Made by a program: the position numbers and the translations under genes
Notes under the pieces: generated by a model
What the model saw: the letters and a program-made list of their open reading frames with translations, nothing else
The model's database searches: none
What the model was told of the DNA's origin: nothing
DNA from: Chloroflexota bacterium
GTDB lineage: Bacteria; Chloroflexota; UBA11872; VXOZ01
Reading direction: 5' to 3'
NCBI GenBank assembly: GCA_963662335.2
Contig: CAXXVD010000005.1
Span: forward strand, 320,001 to 384,000
DNA: 64,000 nt
Shown here: in pieces, positions 40,510 to 50,131 of the stretch
Numbering within the stretch: the stretch's first letter is position 1
How the letters are laid out: each line of letters begins with the position of its first letter

Positions 40510-41919
40510 ATGGATGCTCTGCGCAACGAGAACGGCATAAGCAGGCGGCGCTTGCTCGCCGGCATGGGCCTCGGCGCCGGCGCGCTGCTGGCCGCGGCGT
40601 GCGGCGGCGCGGCTGCGCCCGCCACGGAAGAAGAGGCCCCGAAGGAAGCAGAGGCGCCCAAGGCCGCTGAAGAAGCGCCGAAGGCCGAGGAAGCCAAGCC
40701 GGTTCAGTTCCTGCACTGGTGGATTCCCCGCATCGACCAGAATGGCTTTACGCCCTGGGCCTTGGAAGAGTTCACGAACCGCACCGGCATTCCGGTGGAG
40801 GACGTGGGCCGGGACCCGATCGAGCCGGTGCGCCAGCACTTCCGCACCACCATTGCGGCCGGCACGCCGGTGGACGTGTCCTTCAATTCCATCATCTGGG
40901 CGCGCGACCATTGGGATCTGGGCATCTTGATGGACTACTCGCCGTACCTGACGCAGTACCCGGACCTGCAGGACGACCAGTTCTTCGAAGCTTCACACCA
41001 GTTCCGCCAGGCGGAAGGCGCGACTTTCGGCATTCCCGTGATGGGGCCGGAGTCGACCACGATCGTCGTCAACGGCCAGTTGCTGATCGACGCCGGTCTT
41101 GACGAGAATGGCGGGGACATCAATAACTGGACCGACTTGGTCGCTGCCGCCCGTGCCATGACCAAGAAGGAAGGCAACGACATTGCCGTCTCCGGCTTCT
41201 TGTTGCGGCCCGGTGTCGGCGGCTTGGCGCGCTGGGCAGGCTGGGTGCTCACGACGGGCACCGGCGCCTACGACGCGGAGCAATTCAAGGCGCAGTACAA
41301 CACCGAGCAGGCGCGGGATACGCTGCAGTTCCTCTTCGACCTTTGGAATAAAGAGGAAATCAGCGCCAGAGATCCCGAAGGCGGGGCCGTGCCCGACCAC
41401 TACAAGCTGCTGCAAGCCAACCAGGCCGGCATGCACCACGACATTAGCTCCACGCCGACCCTGCGCTACTTCACCGTGCCCCGCGACTTCAAGTACTGGC
41501 AAATCGGCTTCCCGGCCCATGACGGCGCGGACGGCCAGTTTGCTACCTCGTCGTGGATGAACCCGGTGGTAACGCCGCTCGGCGCGGGCAACCCGGACGG
41601 CGCGGTTGAGTTCATCAACTGGTTCTGCGGTCTCGAGGTAGCCATCGTCAGGCTCGAGCTCATCAAGACGGTCGCGCCGCGACACGACTTCTTTGCCAAT
41701 GAAGCGTGGACCAAGGGGTACAGCGACCAGCCGGTGCTCAAGACGATCGAAGACATTGCCAATTTGCCCGGCGTCTACCCCTACCGCCGCTTCTTGAAGC
41801 AGAACTCCGAGATTCGGCCGATGCTCGATGACGCGGCCATGGGCAAGACCGACATCGCCACCGCGCTGGCCCAAGCCGATGAGCGCGCCAACCAGATCCT
41901 CAACGAGGCGGCGGAATAG
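40510..41919 (+). CDS. ABC sugar-type solute-binding Tat lipoprotein, paralog 1
   Basis: SRRRLL twin-Arg, LAAAC lipobox, E/A/P/K linker, SBP_bac_1-like motifs; SD GAGGAGG. Confidence 0.88.
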   Translation: MDALRNENGISRRRLLAGMGLGAGALLAAACGGAAAPATEEEAPKEAEAPKAAEEAPKAEEAKPVQFLHWWIPRIDQNGFTPWALEEFTNRTGIPVEDVGRDPIEPVRQHFRTTIAAGTPVDVSFNSIIWARDHWDLGILMDYSPYLTQYPDLQDDQFFEASHQFRQAEGATFGIPVMGPESTTIVVNGQLLIDAGLDENGGDINNWTDLVAAARAMTKKEGNDIAVSGFLLRPGVGGLARWAGWVLTTGTGAYDAEQFKAQYNTEQARDTLQFLFDLWNKEEISARDPEGGAVPDHYKLLQANQAGMHHDISSTPTLRYFTVPRDFKYWQIGFPAHDGADGQFATSSWMNPVVTPLGAGNPDGAVEFINWFCGLEVAIVRLELIKTVAPRHDFFANEAWTKGYSDQPVLKTIEDIANLPGVYPYRRFLKQNSEIRPMLDDAAMGKTDIATALAQADERANQILNEAAE

Positions 41920-41959
41920 GCATTGCCAGCCCTGCCAGCGCATAGCTGAAGATGTCGAA

Positions 41960-41989
41960 CAAAGAGGCGCACGTACGTGCGCCTCTTTG
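41960..41989. terminator. 30-bp perfect palindrome after paralog 1
   Basis: CAAAGAGGCGCACGTACGTGCGCCTCTTTG. Confidence 0.7.
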
Positions 41990-42010
41990 CATTGAGTCTC
42001 ATCGCAATTC

Positions 42011-42039
42011 TTGACAGGATTCCAACGCCAAGCTACGAT
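42011..42039 (+). promoter_or_regulatory. sigma70 promoter of solute-binding protein 2
   Basis: TTGACA-N17-TACGAT. Confidence 0.7.
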
Positions 42040-42095
42040 TGTGGCGGTGTGAAAGTACTAACATGGGCCTAGGCCCAGTAGACGGAGGGAATCGA

Positions 42096-43505
42096 ATGGA
42101 ATCTTTGGTAGAACGCAAAGGACTGACCCGGCGCAGCGTGCTTGCCGGCATTGGCCTTAGCGCCGGCGCGCTGCTGGCCGCCGCCTGCGGCGGCACGGCC
42201 GCGCCCGCGGCGGATGACGATGCCCCTGCGGAAGAAGAGGCCCCCAAGGCCGCTGAAGAGGCGCCCAAGGCCGAGGAAGCCCCTGCCGTGCAGTTCCTGC
42301 ACTGGTGGATTTCCCGCATCGACCCGGGCGGACTGGTACCGTGGGCATTGGCGGAGTTTACGGAACGCACCGGCATTCCGGTGGAAGACGTGGGCCGGGA
42401 CCCAATCGAGCCCCTGCGCCAGCACTTCCGCACCACGATTGCGGCCGGCACGCCGGTGGACGTGGCTTTCAACTCAATCATCTGGGCGCGCGACCACTGG
42501 GACCTGGGCCTGCTGATGGACTACGAGCCCTACCTGACCCAGTACCCCCACATCCAGGAAGACCAGTTCTTCGAGGCTTCAAACCAATTCCGGCAAGCTG
42601 AAGGCGCTACCTTTGGCATACCGGTCATGGGGCCTGAGTCGCAGTCCATCGTCGTCAACGGCCAATTGCTTATCGACATTGGCCTTGATGAGAATGGCGG
42701 GGATATCGAGAACTGGGACGACCTGGTGGCCGCTGCCCGCGCCATGACTAAGCGGGAAGGCGACAACATTACGGTGTCTGGCTTCCTCTTGCAGGACAAC
42801 ATCGCCCTGGCGCGCTGGGCGGCGTGGGTGCTGACGACGGGCACCGGCGCGTACGACGCGGAGCAATTCACGGCGCAGTACGACACCGAAGAGGCCCGCG
42901 ACACGATGGAGTTCCTGTTCAATCTCTGGAACAGGGAGGATGTCAGCGCCAAGTCGCCCGACGGCGGCACGCTCACCGATCCCAGGCACCACGCACTGCT
43001 GCAGGCCAATCAGGCCGGCATGCATTACGACATTAGCTCAACCCCAACACTGCGGTACTTTGAAGTGCCCCGCGACTTCAAGTATTGGCAGATTGGCTTC
43101 CCGGCGTATCCGGACGGCGGTCAGTTTGCTACGGCGTCCTGGATGAACCCGTGCGTCTCGCCGCTGGGCGCAGGCAATCCGGACGGCGCGGTTGAGTTCC
43201 TCAACTGGTTCTGCGGCCTTGAAGTAGCCCTGCATAAGATTGAGGTCAACAAGGCCGTTTCGCCGCGCCTCGACCTCTTTGCCCATGAAGCGTGGACGGC
43301 CGGCGTTGCGGATCTTCCCGTGCTCCAAACACGCGAAGACTTGGCCAAACTGCCGGGCGTCTACCCGTTCCGCCGCTTCCTGAAGCAGAACGCGGAAGTG
43401 CGGCCGCTACTCAACGACGCCTACCAGGGCAAGATTGAGATTGCTTCTGCGCTGGCGCAGGCCGACACGCTCGCCAACCAGATCCTCAACGAGCCGGCAG
43501 AGTAG
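42096..43505 (+). CDS. ABC sugar-type solute-binding Tat lipoprotein, paralog 2
   Basis: TRRSVL twin-Arg, LAAAC lipobox; collinear and highly similar to paralog 1. Confidence 0.88.
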   Translation: MESLVERKGLTRRSVLAGIGLSAGALLAAACGGTAAPAADDDAPAEEEAPKAAEEAPKAEEAPAVQFLHWWISRIDPGGLVPWALAEFTERTGIPVEDVGRDPIEPLRQHFRTTIAAGTPVDVAFNSIIWARDHWDLGLLMDYEPYLTQYPHIQEDQFFEASNQFRQAEGATFGIPVMGPESQSIVVNGQLLIDIGLDENGGDIENWDDLVAAARAMTKREGDNITVSGFLLQDNIALARWAAWVLTTGTGAYDAEQFTAQYDTEEARDTMEFLFNLWNREDVSAKSPDGGTLTDPRHHALLQANQAGMHYDISSTPTLRYFEVPRDFKYWQIGFPAYPDGGQFATASWMNPCVSPLGAGNPDGAVEFLNWFCGLEVALHKIEVNKAVSPRLDLFAHEAWTAGVADLPVLQTREDLAKLPGVYPFRRFLKQNAEVRPLLNDAYQGKIEIASALAQADTLANQILNEPAE

Positions 43506-43537
43506 GGCTGACCGCGCTCGCTGTTGGAGAGACTCAG

Positions 43538-43573
43538 GAGAGGGAGGGCGCCTGCCCTCCCTCTCTGTCTGTT
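43538..43573 (+). terminator. Intrinsic terminator
   Basis: GAGAGGGAGGGC-GCCT-GCCCTCCCTCTC followed by TGTCTGTT. Confidence 0.65.
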
Positions 43574-43702
43574 CCAGACTCTGCCACCCATAGCCGCAGG
43601 GGGACGCCCCATCCGCCAGGCTTCGCGGGCCACTGGCTCGCGGCGCCAGGCAGCGGGCAGGCGCGGACGATTGCCAATTGACAGTCACTGCGAGAACAGC
43701 GA

Positions 43703-43731
43703 TTGCAATGTGGCCGAGCGCACATTATAGT
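43703..43731 (+). promoter_or_regulatory. sigma70 promoter giving a nearly leaderless transcript
   Basis: TTGCAA-N17-TATAGT ending 11 nt before GTG 43743. Confidence 0.6.
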
Positions 43732-43742
43732 GGGACTATAGC

Positions 43743-44252
43743 GTGAAGGGCGATCGGATTACTTCAGAGCGAGAGTCAATATGGAGTGTTGACGCTGGCT
43801 CGCGGCAACTCTACTTTCGGCTGTTCCTTGGGCTGACGGTACTGGGCATAGCCGTCGTAGGCCATAAGGAGTGCGTTAGCGCCGGGCCGGGGCAATTCGA
43901 CCTCTTGCTCTTTCTTTGGGAGAGGACGGCAGCCATCACGGTCTCGTCAGCCGCCATCGCCATCGTGCTCGTTGAGGCGAAGAGCCTGCTTGGGGAAGCT
44001 CTTGTGTTGCTGGGTAGACTGCTGAGAAGGGGAGCAGAAGCTATGTTCATTAACTGGGGGCTAAAGGACCTCGCCGACCGCATATTGGAGAAGCAACTTC
44101 AGGACAAACTCGCGGAAGGACGAGAGGAAGGACGAGAGGAAGGGCGAGAGGAAGGGCGAGAAGAATACCGGCTGTGGCATGAACGCTATGAAGCAGCGCG
44201 GGAGCGCGGCGAAGATTTCGAGGAGCCCCCTCCAGGCACGAACCACCGTTAG
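43743..44252 (+). CDS. Hypothetical membrane protein (2 TM) with C-terminal (REEG)n repeats
   Basis: Two hydrophobic segments, 12-nt tandem repeat x4 at 44115-44162, lower GC than flanks. Confidence 0.75.
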   Translation: MKGDRITSERESIWSVDAGSRQLYFRLFLGLTVLGIAVVGHKECVSAGPGQFDLLLFLWERTAAITVSSAAIAIVLVEAKSLLGEALVLLGRLLRRGAEAMFINWGLKDLADRILEKQLQDKLAEGREEGREEGREEGREEYRLWHERYEAARERGEDFEEPPPGTNHR

Positions 44253-44348
44253 CAGCGATGTGAGCGCGAATCGCTCTGCCTAGAGACTACCCCTGGGCTT
44301 GGAACTACCACTCTGACTCAAAGTGCGCGACTTCGGAAGCAGCTAAAG

Positions 44349-45587
44349 TCAGATCTTCGCCCACAATCCCTCCTGAATTGCAAGCCGGCCGCTGCGCATC
44401 ACCACCCGTACGTCGGTCAGCGCCTCGATCCGGTCAGCCACGTCGCCGTTGAGCAGCACCAGGTCCGCCACCTTGCCGGCCGCGATCGTACCAATCTCAT
44501 CCTGCAGCCACATCCCTTCGGCCGCCTGACCGGTGACGCGGAATATCACTTCAACTGGATCGATTTTGAGCGTATGGCGCGCCTGCACGAGCCGCTGCGG
44601 CCAATTCGCGATGTTGCGACCGCAGTGATCGCTGGAGAAGTACGACTTGCACCCGCGCCGCTCCATGTCGCGAATGAGGTCAAATCGGTAGTTCACCTCT
44701 CCCGGGCCATCCCATCCCGATACAACGCCGTCTCGCCCAGCTATTGGTACCAAGGTGGCAGAGATGTTGAGGTCAACGAAGATCCCTTTTTCGCCCGCCT
44801 CCTGCGCCACTGCCGGCACGTATTCAACCGTTCCTTCCTCAGCGCCCAGCCAGTTGCAGTGCGCCAGCGCGTCCACGCCCGCGCGGACTGAATTGATGAT
44901 ACCCTCGGTGGGATTGACGTGGGCGACGACGCGCTTGCGCAGCCGGTGGGCATCCTCCACCGCAACGCGCATCTCTTCTTCCGAGTATTGCGCGCGGTAG
45001 CGGTTGGTGGGCGGATCGGATGCGCCGCCGGTAGCCATGATTTTGATGAAGTCCACGCCGCGGAAGACGAGCTTTCGAATCGCTACTTTGATTTCGTCGG
45101 CGTTGTCGGCAAGCTCCTCGATGCCCAGATAGTGGCCGTGGCCCGCCGTCGTCGTGATGGCAGGACCGGCAGCCAGAATACGCGGCCCCACCACGGCGCC
45201 TTGATTGATTGCATCACGCACGTACAGCAACGAATCGCCAACACTGCCGCAATCGCCCAAGGTTGTAATGCCCGCCGCCATGGCTTCACGGGCGGCCTGC
45301 AATGTGTACAGCACGATAGCCTCGCGCGGCGGGCTCGTGCGCGGATATGACGTGTATTTGAGATTGTCGAGGGTGAGGTGGGCATGACCGTCGATCAGGC
45401 CGGGGATGAGCGAAGCGCCGGCGCCGTCGATTTCGTCCCAATTCGAGCGGTCAGGGTACGCGGAATCTAGCTCTTGCCGTGAACCGACAAAGGCGATCCG
45501 CTCATCTTCTATCACCACGCAGGCATTGCGTTGGGCCTCGCTGCCGGTACCATCGACCAATACGTCCGGGCAGATTAGCGTCGGCAT
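44349..45587 (-). CDS. Metal-dependent amidohydrolase (Xaa-Pro dipeptidase-like)
   Basis: PGLIDGHAH, IKIMATGG, VAH, LAH, SSD, GKVADLV. Confidence 0.9.
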   Translation of the reverse strand: MPTLICPDVLVDGTGSEAQRNACVVIEDERIAFVGSRQELDSAYPDRSNWDEIDGAGASLIPGLIDGHAHLTLDNLKYTSYPRTSPPREAIVLYTLQAAREAMAAGITTLGDCGSVGDSLLYVRDAINQGAVVGPRILAAGPAITTTAGHGHYLGIEELADNADEIKVAIRKLVFRGVDFIKIMATGGASDPPTNRYRAQYSEEEMRVAVEDAHRLRKRVVAHVNPTEGIINSVRAGVDALAHCNWLGAEEGTVEYVPAVAQEAGEKGIFVDLNISATLVPIAGRDGVVSGWDGPGEVNYRFDLIRDMERRGCKSYFSSDHCGRNIANWPQRLVQARHTLKIDPVEVIFRVTGQAAEGMWLQDEIGTIAAGKVADLVLLNGDVADRIEALTDVRVVMRSGRLAIQEGLWAKI

Positions 45588-45822
45588 GGTATCTTCTCCT
45601 CACTTGGGCCGGTGTCGGGGTCTTGCCGCAACGTCGGATGCCACTCTAGTGTATGGTATCTTCAAGAATTGCACACTGTGTCCTCTGCATCCCTAGCCTC
45701 CACGAGGTGTGCACATCTGTGTCCCAGGAGCGGCGCGTCCTTAGCGCGGTCAAGTGACACTTCCGTTGTCTCAAAGTACGGGAAGGCAGAACTACTGCAT
45801 CGCTAGAGAGGATTCCACCACA

Positions 45823-46965
45823 ATGTCCGACACGGTTCTTCCCGATCCAGAATCCGTTGGCATAGACCCGGCGCGACTCGAGCGCGCCTATACGCTCATC
45901 GCGGAGTGGACGGAGAGCGGTTTCATGCCCTTTGCCGCCTTGCACGTGGCCCGGCACGGCCAGACCGTCGCCCAGCGCGCCTTTGGCCGCATCACGGTGG
46001 CGCCGGGCGGGCCGCCGGCGCGGGCAGACAGCATCTTCATCATCGCCTCCATCACCAAACCCACTACCTACACCGCGCTCTTGCGATTGGTTGACGAGGG
46101 CTTGGTGAGCCTGAGCGATCCGGTCGCGCGGTTCATACCGGAGTTTGGCGAATTCTCGTCCGGCAAGGCCCCGCACAGGCATGAGGTGCAGGTGCGCCAC
46201 ATAATGACGCACACGTCCGGGCTGCCGGACATGGTGCCGAACAACGTCCTGCTGCGCCGGCAGCACGCCCCGTTTGCGACGTTCATCGAGCACATCTGCC
46301 GGGTGCCCTTGCTCTTTGCACCCGGCACGAACATCTCCTACCAGAGCGCGGGCACGGCGCTGGCGGCCGAAATCGTGCAGCGCGTGCGCGGCAAGCCGCT
46401 GCGCGACGTGCTGGCCGCAGAGGTGTTCGAACCGCTGGGCATGAGTGACACGACCCTCGGCTGGAATCCTGACAAAGAAGCGCGCATCGTGGAAGCCACA
46501 CAGCCTCCACATCTTGGCGGCTCAGACTACGACCACAACAGCCGCTACTGGCGCGAGTTCGGCGCGCCGTGGGGCGGACTCTTTTCCACAGTCGGCGACA
46601 TCAGCCGCTTCATCGAGATGTATCGCAACGGCGGCTCGCTGGATGGCGCGCGTATTCTCAGTCCGGCGACCGCCGCCGCCATGCTCAGCGAGCAGACCGA
46701 CGCCATGCCCGGCATTCCCGCCGCCACCAAACTCGATGAGGGTTGGGGACTCGGCTTCCGCCTCTATCGCCGCGCCAATCCCATGTACTTTGGCGACCTG
46801 CTGGCGCCGGGCGCGTTCGGCCACACCGGCTCCACCGGCACGTTCGCCTGGTGCGATCCCGGCAAGGCGCTCACCGCCGTCTTCTTCTGCAACCAACTCC
46901 ACGAGCGCGTCCAGCACGAGTTCCAAGTGCTGAGCAACACCATCGCCGCCGCCGCGCGCGACTAG
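45823..46965 (+). CDS. Serine hydrolase (beta-lactamase class C/esterase family)
   Basis: SITK, HTSGL, YQS, FGHTGSTG. Confidence 0.9.
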   Translation: MSDTVLPDPESVGIDPARLERAYTLIAEWTESGFMPFAALHVARHGQTVAQRAFGRITVAPGGPPARADSIFIIASITKPTTYTALLRLVDEGLVSLSDPVARFIPEFGEFSSGKAPHRHEVQVRHIMTHTSGLPDMVPNNVLLRRQHAPFATFIEHICRVPLLFAPGTNISYQSAGTALAAEIVQRVRGKPLRDVLAAEVFEPLGMSDTTLGWNPDKEARIVEATQPPHLGGSDYDHNSRYWREFGAPWGGLFSTVGDISRFIEMYRNGGSLDGARILSPATAAAMLSEQTDAMPGIPAATKLDEGWGLGFRLYRRANPMYFGDLLAPGAFGHTGSTGTFAWCDPGKALTAVFFCNQLHERVQHEFQVLSNTIAAAARD

Positions 46966-47018
46966 AATTGCGGTATGCCAGCGCACAGATTAAACGCAAT
47001 AGCGCAGGAGCGCGTCAC

Positions 47019-48965
47019 GTGACAGGTATGCTTAACCCGCCGTGGGCAGAGTTGCTTGAAGAGACCGAGACCCGGCTCACGCTTGTCTCCGGAGTCTTCC
47101 TCCTGGCCGGCATCGTCTCCAGTCTCGTTGCCGCGCCCCCGTTGGCGCAGACGGCGCTCTACCTTACCGCCATCGTGGTTGGGGGCGTGCCTATTTTGCG
47201 CGAAGCGTGGGAGGCTCTATGGGAAGACCGGCGGCTCACGATCGATTCGCTCGTCGTCGTCGCCGTCATTGGCGCCGTCCTGCTGGGGCAGTGGTGGGAA
47301 GCGGCGGCGGTCGTCTTTCTCTTCTCTTTCAGTGAGATGCTGGAGGACTTCACGCTCGACCGGGCGCATAGCGCAATTCAGACCCTCATGGAGCTTTCGC
47401 CGCAGGAGGCGCGCGTCAAGATCGACGGCCGCGAGTCTACCTTGCCGGTGGAAGAGGTTGCGGTCGGCATGATTGTTGCGGTGCGTCCCGGCGAGCGCGT
47501 GCCGGTAGACGGCGACGTGGTTGCCGGCGAGTCCACCATAGACCAAGCGGCAATCACCGGCGAGAGCGCGCCGGTTGCCAAGACAAGTGGCGACGGTGTC
47601 TATGCCGGCACGATCAACCAACAAGGGTACCTGGAGATCGCCGCCACGCGGCCGTCTACGGACAACGCCATTGCCCGCATCGTCCGCCTTGTGGAGCAAG
47701 CGCAGCGGGAGAAAGCGCCAACCGCGCAGTTCATCGACCGTTTCGCGGCCTATTACACGCCCGGCATCGTCGTTCTTGCCTGCTTGGTGGCGACGGTGCC
47801 GTGGCTGGCATTCGAGCAGCCGCTGGCGGAGTGGGTATACCGCGGCCTTGTGCTGTTGCTAGTGGGCTGCCCCTGCGCGCTCGTCATATCCACGCCCATC
47901 TCGATTGTGGCCGCCATTGCCCGCTCCGCGCGTTCCGGCGTCTTGATGAAGAGTGGCGCCGTGCTGGAGTTGCTCGGACAAGCGCGGGTCATGGCCTTTG
48001 ACAAGACCGGCACCCTCACGCGCGGGCAGCCTGAAGTTACCGACGTCATCCCGGCGGCTGGCTACAGCGAATCCGACGTCATCCAGATGGCTGACAGGCT
48101 GGAACACCGCTCCGAGCACCAACTTGCCGCCGCGATTCTGCGGCGCGCAGGACACACGGCTACGGCAGAAAACAGCGGCCACGTCCACACGGAAGAAATT
48201 GAGGATTTCGAGGCCATTGCCGGCCGCGGCGTCCGCGCCCGCGTTGACGGCACGGTGTACGTGTGCGGCAGCCCGGACTTTCTCCGTTCGATCGGCTATG
48301 ATCTGGTTCCCTACGAAGAATCGATTTCCGCCTTGCAGGACGCCGGCAAGACGGCGCTCCTGGTAGCGCGCGATCAAGAGATCGCCGGTCTCATCGCCAC
48401 CATGGACACCCTGCGCCCGGAGGCGGCGCCCGCTTTGCGGGCAATCCACGACATGGGCATTGCGCACCTGGTCATGCTCACGGGCGACAGTCAACCGACG
48501 GCCACGGCAATCGCGCGGCAACTGCCGGTTCGCGACGTAGCCGCGGAACTATTGCCCTGGCAAAAGCTCGTCGCAATCCAAGACCTGGTGAAAGCCCACG
48601 GCAACGTGCTCATGGTAGGGGACGGCGTGAACGACGCGCCCGCCCTGGCCAGCGCCACCGCCGGCATCGCGCTGGGCGGCGCCGGGGCCGACGTGGCCTT
48701 GGAAACCGCCGACGTGGTGCTGATGGGCGACGACCTCACTAAGATTCCCTACGCCCTGCGCCTGAGCAGGCGGACGATGACCGTCATCAAGCAGAACATC
48801 GCCTTCTCATTGGGCATCAAGGCGCTCGTGCTGCTGCTCACGCTCTTTGGGCTGACCTACCTGTGGATGGCAATTCTGGCGGACGTGGGCGCTACGCTCG
48901 TGGTTGCGGCCAACGGGCTGCGCCTGCTCCGCACGTCCGGCACAACGAAAGCGGGAGAGTCATGA
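47019..48965 (+). CDS. Heavy-metal P1B-type ATPase (ZntA/CadA-like, no N-terminal HMA domain)
   Basis: TGES, CPCALVIS, DKTGTLT, SEH, GDGVNDAP, KQN..K, ADVG; SD AGGAG before GTG 47019. Confidence 0.93.
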   Translation: MTGMLNPPWAELLEETETRLTLVSGVFLLAGIVSSLVAAPPLAQTALYLTAIVVGGVPILREAWEALWEDRRLTIDSLVVVAVIGAVLLGQWWEAAAVVFLFSFSEMLEDFTLDRAHSAIQTLMELSPQEARVKIDGRESTLPVEEVAVGMIVAVRPGERVPVDGDVVAGESTIDQAAITGESAPVAKTSGDGVYAGTINQQGYLEIAATRPSTDNAIARIVRLVEQAQREKAPTAQFIDRFAAYYTPGIVVLACLVATVPWLAFEQPLAEWVYRGLVLLLVGCPCALVISTPISIVAAIARSARSGVLMKSGAVLELLGQARVMAFDKTGTLTRGQPEVTDVIPAAGYSESDVIQMADRLEHRSEHQLAAAILRRAGHTATAENSGHVHTEEIEDFEAIAGRGVRARVDGTVYVCGSPDFLRSIGYDLVPYEESISALQDAGKTALLVARDQEIAGLIATMDTLRPEAAPALRAIHDMGIAHLVMLTGDSQPTATAIARQLPVRDVAAELLPWQKLVAIQDLVKAHGNVLMVGDGVNDAPALASATAGIALGGAGADVALETADVVLMGDDLTKIPYALRLSRRTMTVIKQNIAFSLGIKALVLLLTLFGLTYLWMAILADVGATLVVAANGLRLLRTSGTTKAGES

Positions 48966-49369
48966 GTTCGCAAGCGGAGGGACACGTCGGCCACGCCGAT
49001 CACGAACTGAAGCGCGCCAGCCAGGGCCGCATCGAAGCCGTGCTCAGCCTGCTCGATACCGGCGAACGGCACATCTACGTGCTGCACGTGCGGTTGCTCC
49101 CCCAGGCCCGCACCCTGCGGCGGCGCTTTCGCGAGGTGGACGCCTTGCGCCTCATGGGCTTCACGCCCCGGCCGGAATGTCCCTACTTCCCCTACCAGTG
49201 CTTCTACGCCGGTTGCTACTACCGCGAGTTGGGCGAGGCCGCGGACGATGCCGCGCGCGAGCGCTACGCAGAGATCTTCGATAACGCGCTCGACTCGCTG
49301 GCAGAGGCGATCGAACACATCCTGGCCGGGGCCTGGTTGGCGGAGGAGATCGGCCTGCCGTTGAAGTAG
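48962..49369 (+). CDS. Hypothetical His/Cys-containing protein coupled to the P1B ATPase
   Basis: ATGA overlap with the ATPase stop, SD GGGAG, host-like codon usage. Confidence 0.7.
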   Translation: MSSQAEGHVGHADHELKRASQGRIEAVLSLLDTGERHIYVLHVRLLPQARTLRRRFREVDALRLMGFTPRPECPYFPYQCFYAGCYYRELGEAADDAARERYAEIFDNALDSLAEAIEHILAGAWLAEEIGLPLK

Positions 49370-49411
49370 CGCTTCCATGCAAAGACGTCGTCGCCGAACT
49401 AGGCCACGGCC

Positions 49412-49999
49412 TTAGTACTCGAATTGCGGCTCCCAGTCACCGGGGCCGTCCCGCAGCAGAGCGAAGAGGTGCCAGACGCCGCAGTAGAGATCGCCGGGGC
49501 CGAAGTAGTCATGGGCAGCGCGCACAATCGAACCGTCTGGACTCTTGTGGAAGGCGGAAACGCCGGGCATAGCGTGGGAGTCGTAGTGCGCCTCCTCTGA
49601 GCCAAAACCCATGTCCTCGAAGAACGTGGTACCTTCCGCCGAGTACATCCGAAACCGCCAACCCCGCTTGCTGGCCAGCCTCTGTTGCTCTTCCGGGGCA
49701 TCGGGTGACACCACGACAAACGCTGCGCGGCTCTCCATGTGATGCAGCACGCCGTTGAACTCGTCAGCCCACATGGTGCAATAAGGACAACCCGCGCCCA
49801 TATTGTGGATCAGAATCAAATCGGACTTGCCCCCGAACATCGCGGAAAGCCTCACGCTACCTTCGGGACCTGCGAGTTCATAGTCAGCCACAGGCTCCAC
49901 CGGCAGGCGGCGGCGCAACTCGACGAGCCGTTGCTTCGCTCTCTCTAGGTCAGCCATCGCTTCAGCAAGCTGAGCTTCTCCGACTGCATCGGCCGTCAT
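49412..49999 (-). CDS. DUF899 thioredoxin-like protein
   Basis: RRRLP...LSAMFGGKSDLI..H..CPYC...GW...PGVSAF. Confidence 0.85.
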   Translation of the reverse strand: MTADAVGEAQLAEAMADLERAKQRLVELRRRLPVEPVADYELAGPEGSVRLSAMFGGKSDLILIHNMGAGCPYCTMWADEFNGVLHHMESRAAFVVVSPDAPEEQQRLASKRGWRFRMYSAEGTTFFEDMGFGSEEAHYDSHAMPGVSAFHKSPDGSIVRAAHDYFGPGDLYCGVWHLFALLRDGPGDWEPQFEY

Positions 50000-50131
50000 G
50001 TGTCCCCTTCCTCACTAAGGATAAAACTCATTAACGGCAAGAACCTTACCCGGTAAAACTGCTCGTATATCGGAGCGCCGCTTGCACACTCCCACAACGA
50101 TAGGGCTTCCGTCAATGGACGCGCACTATGC

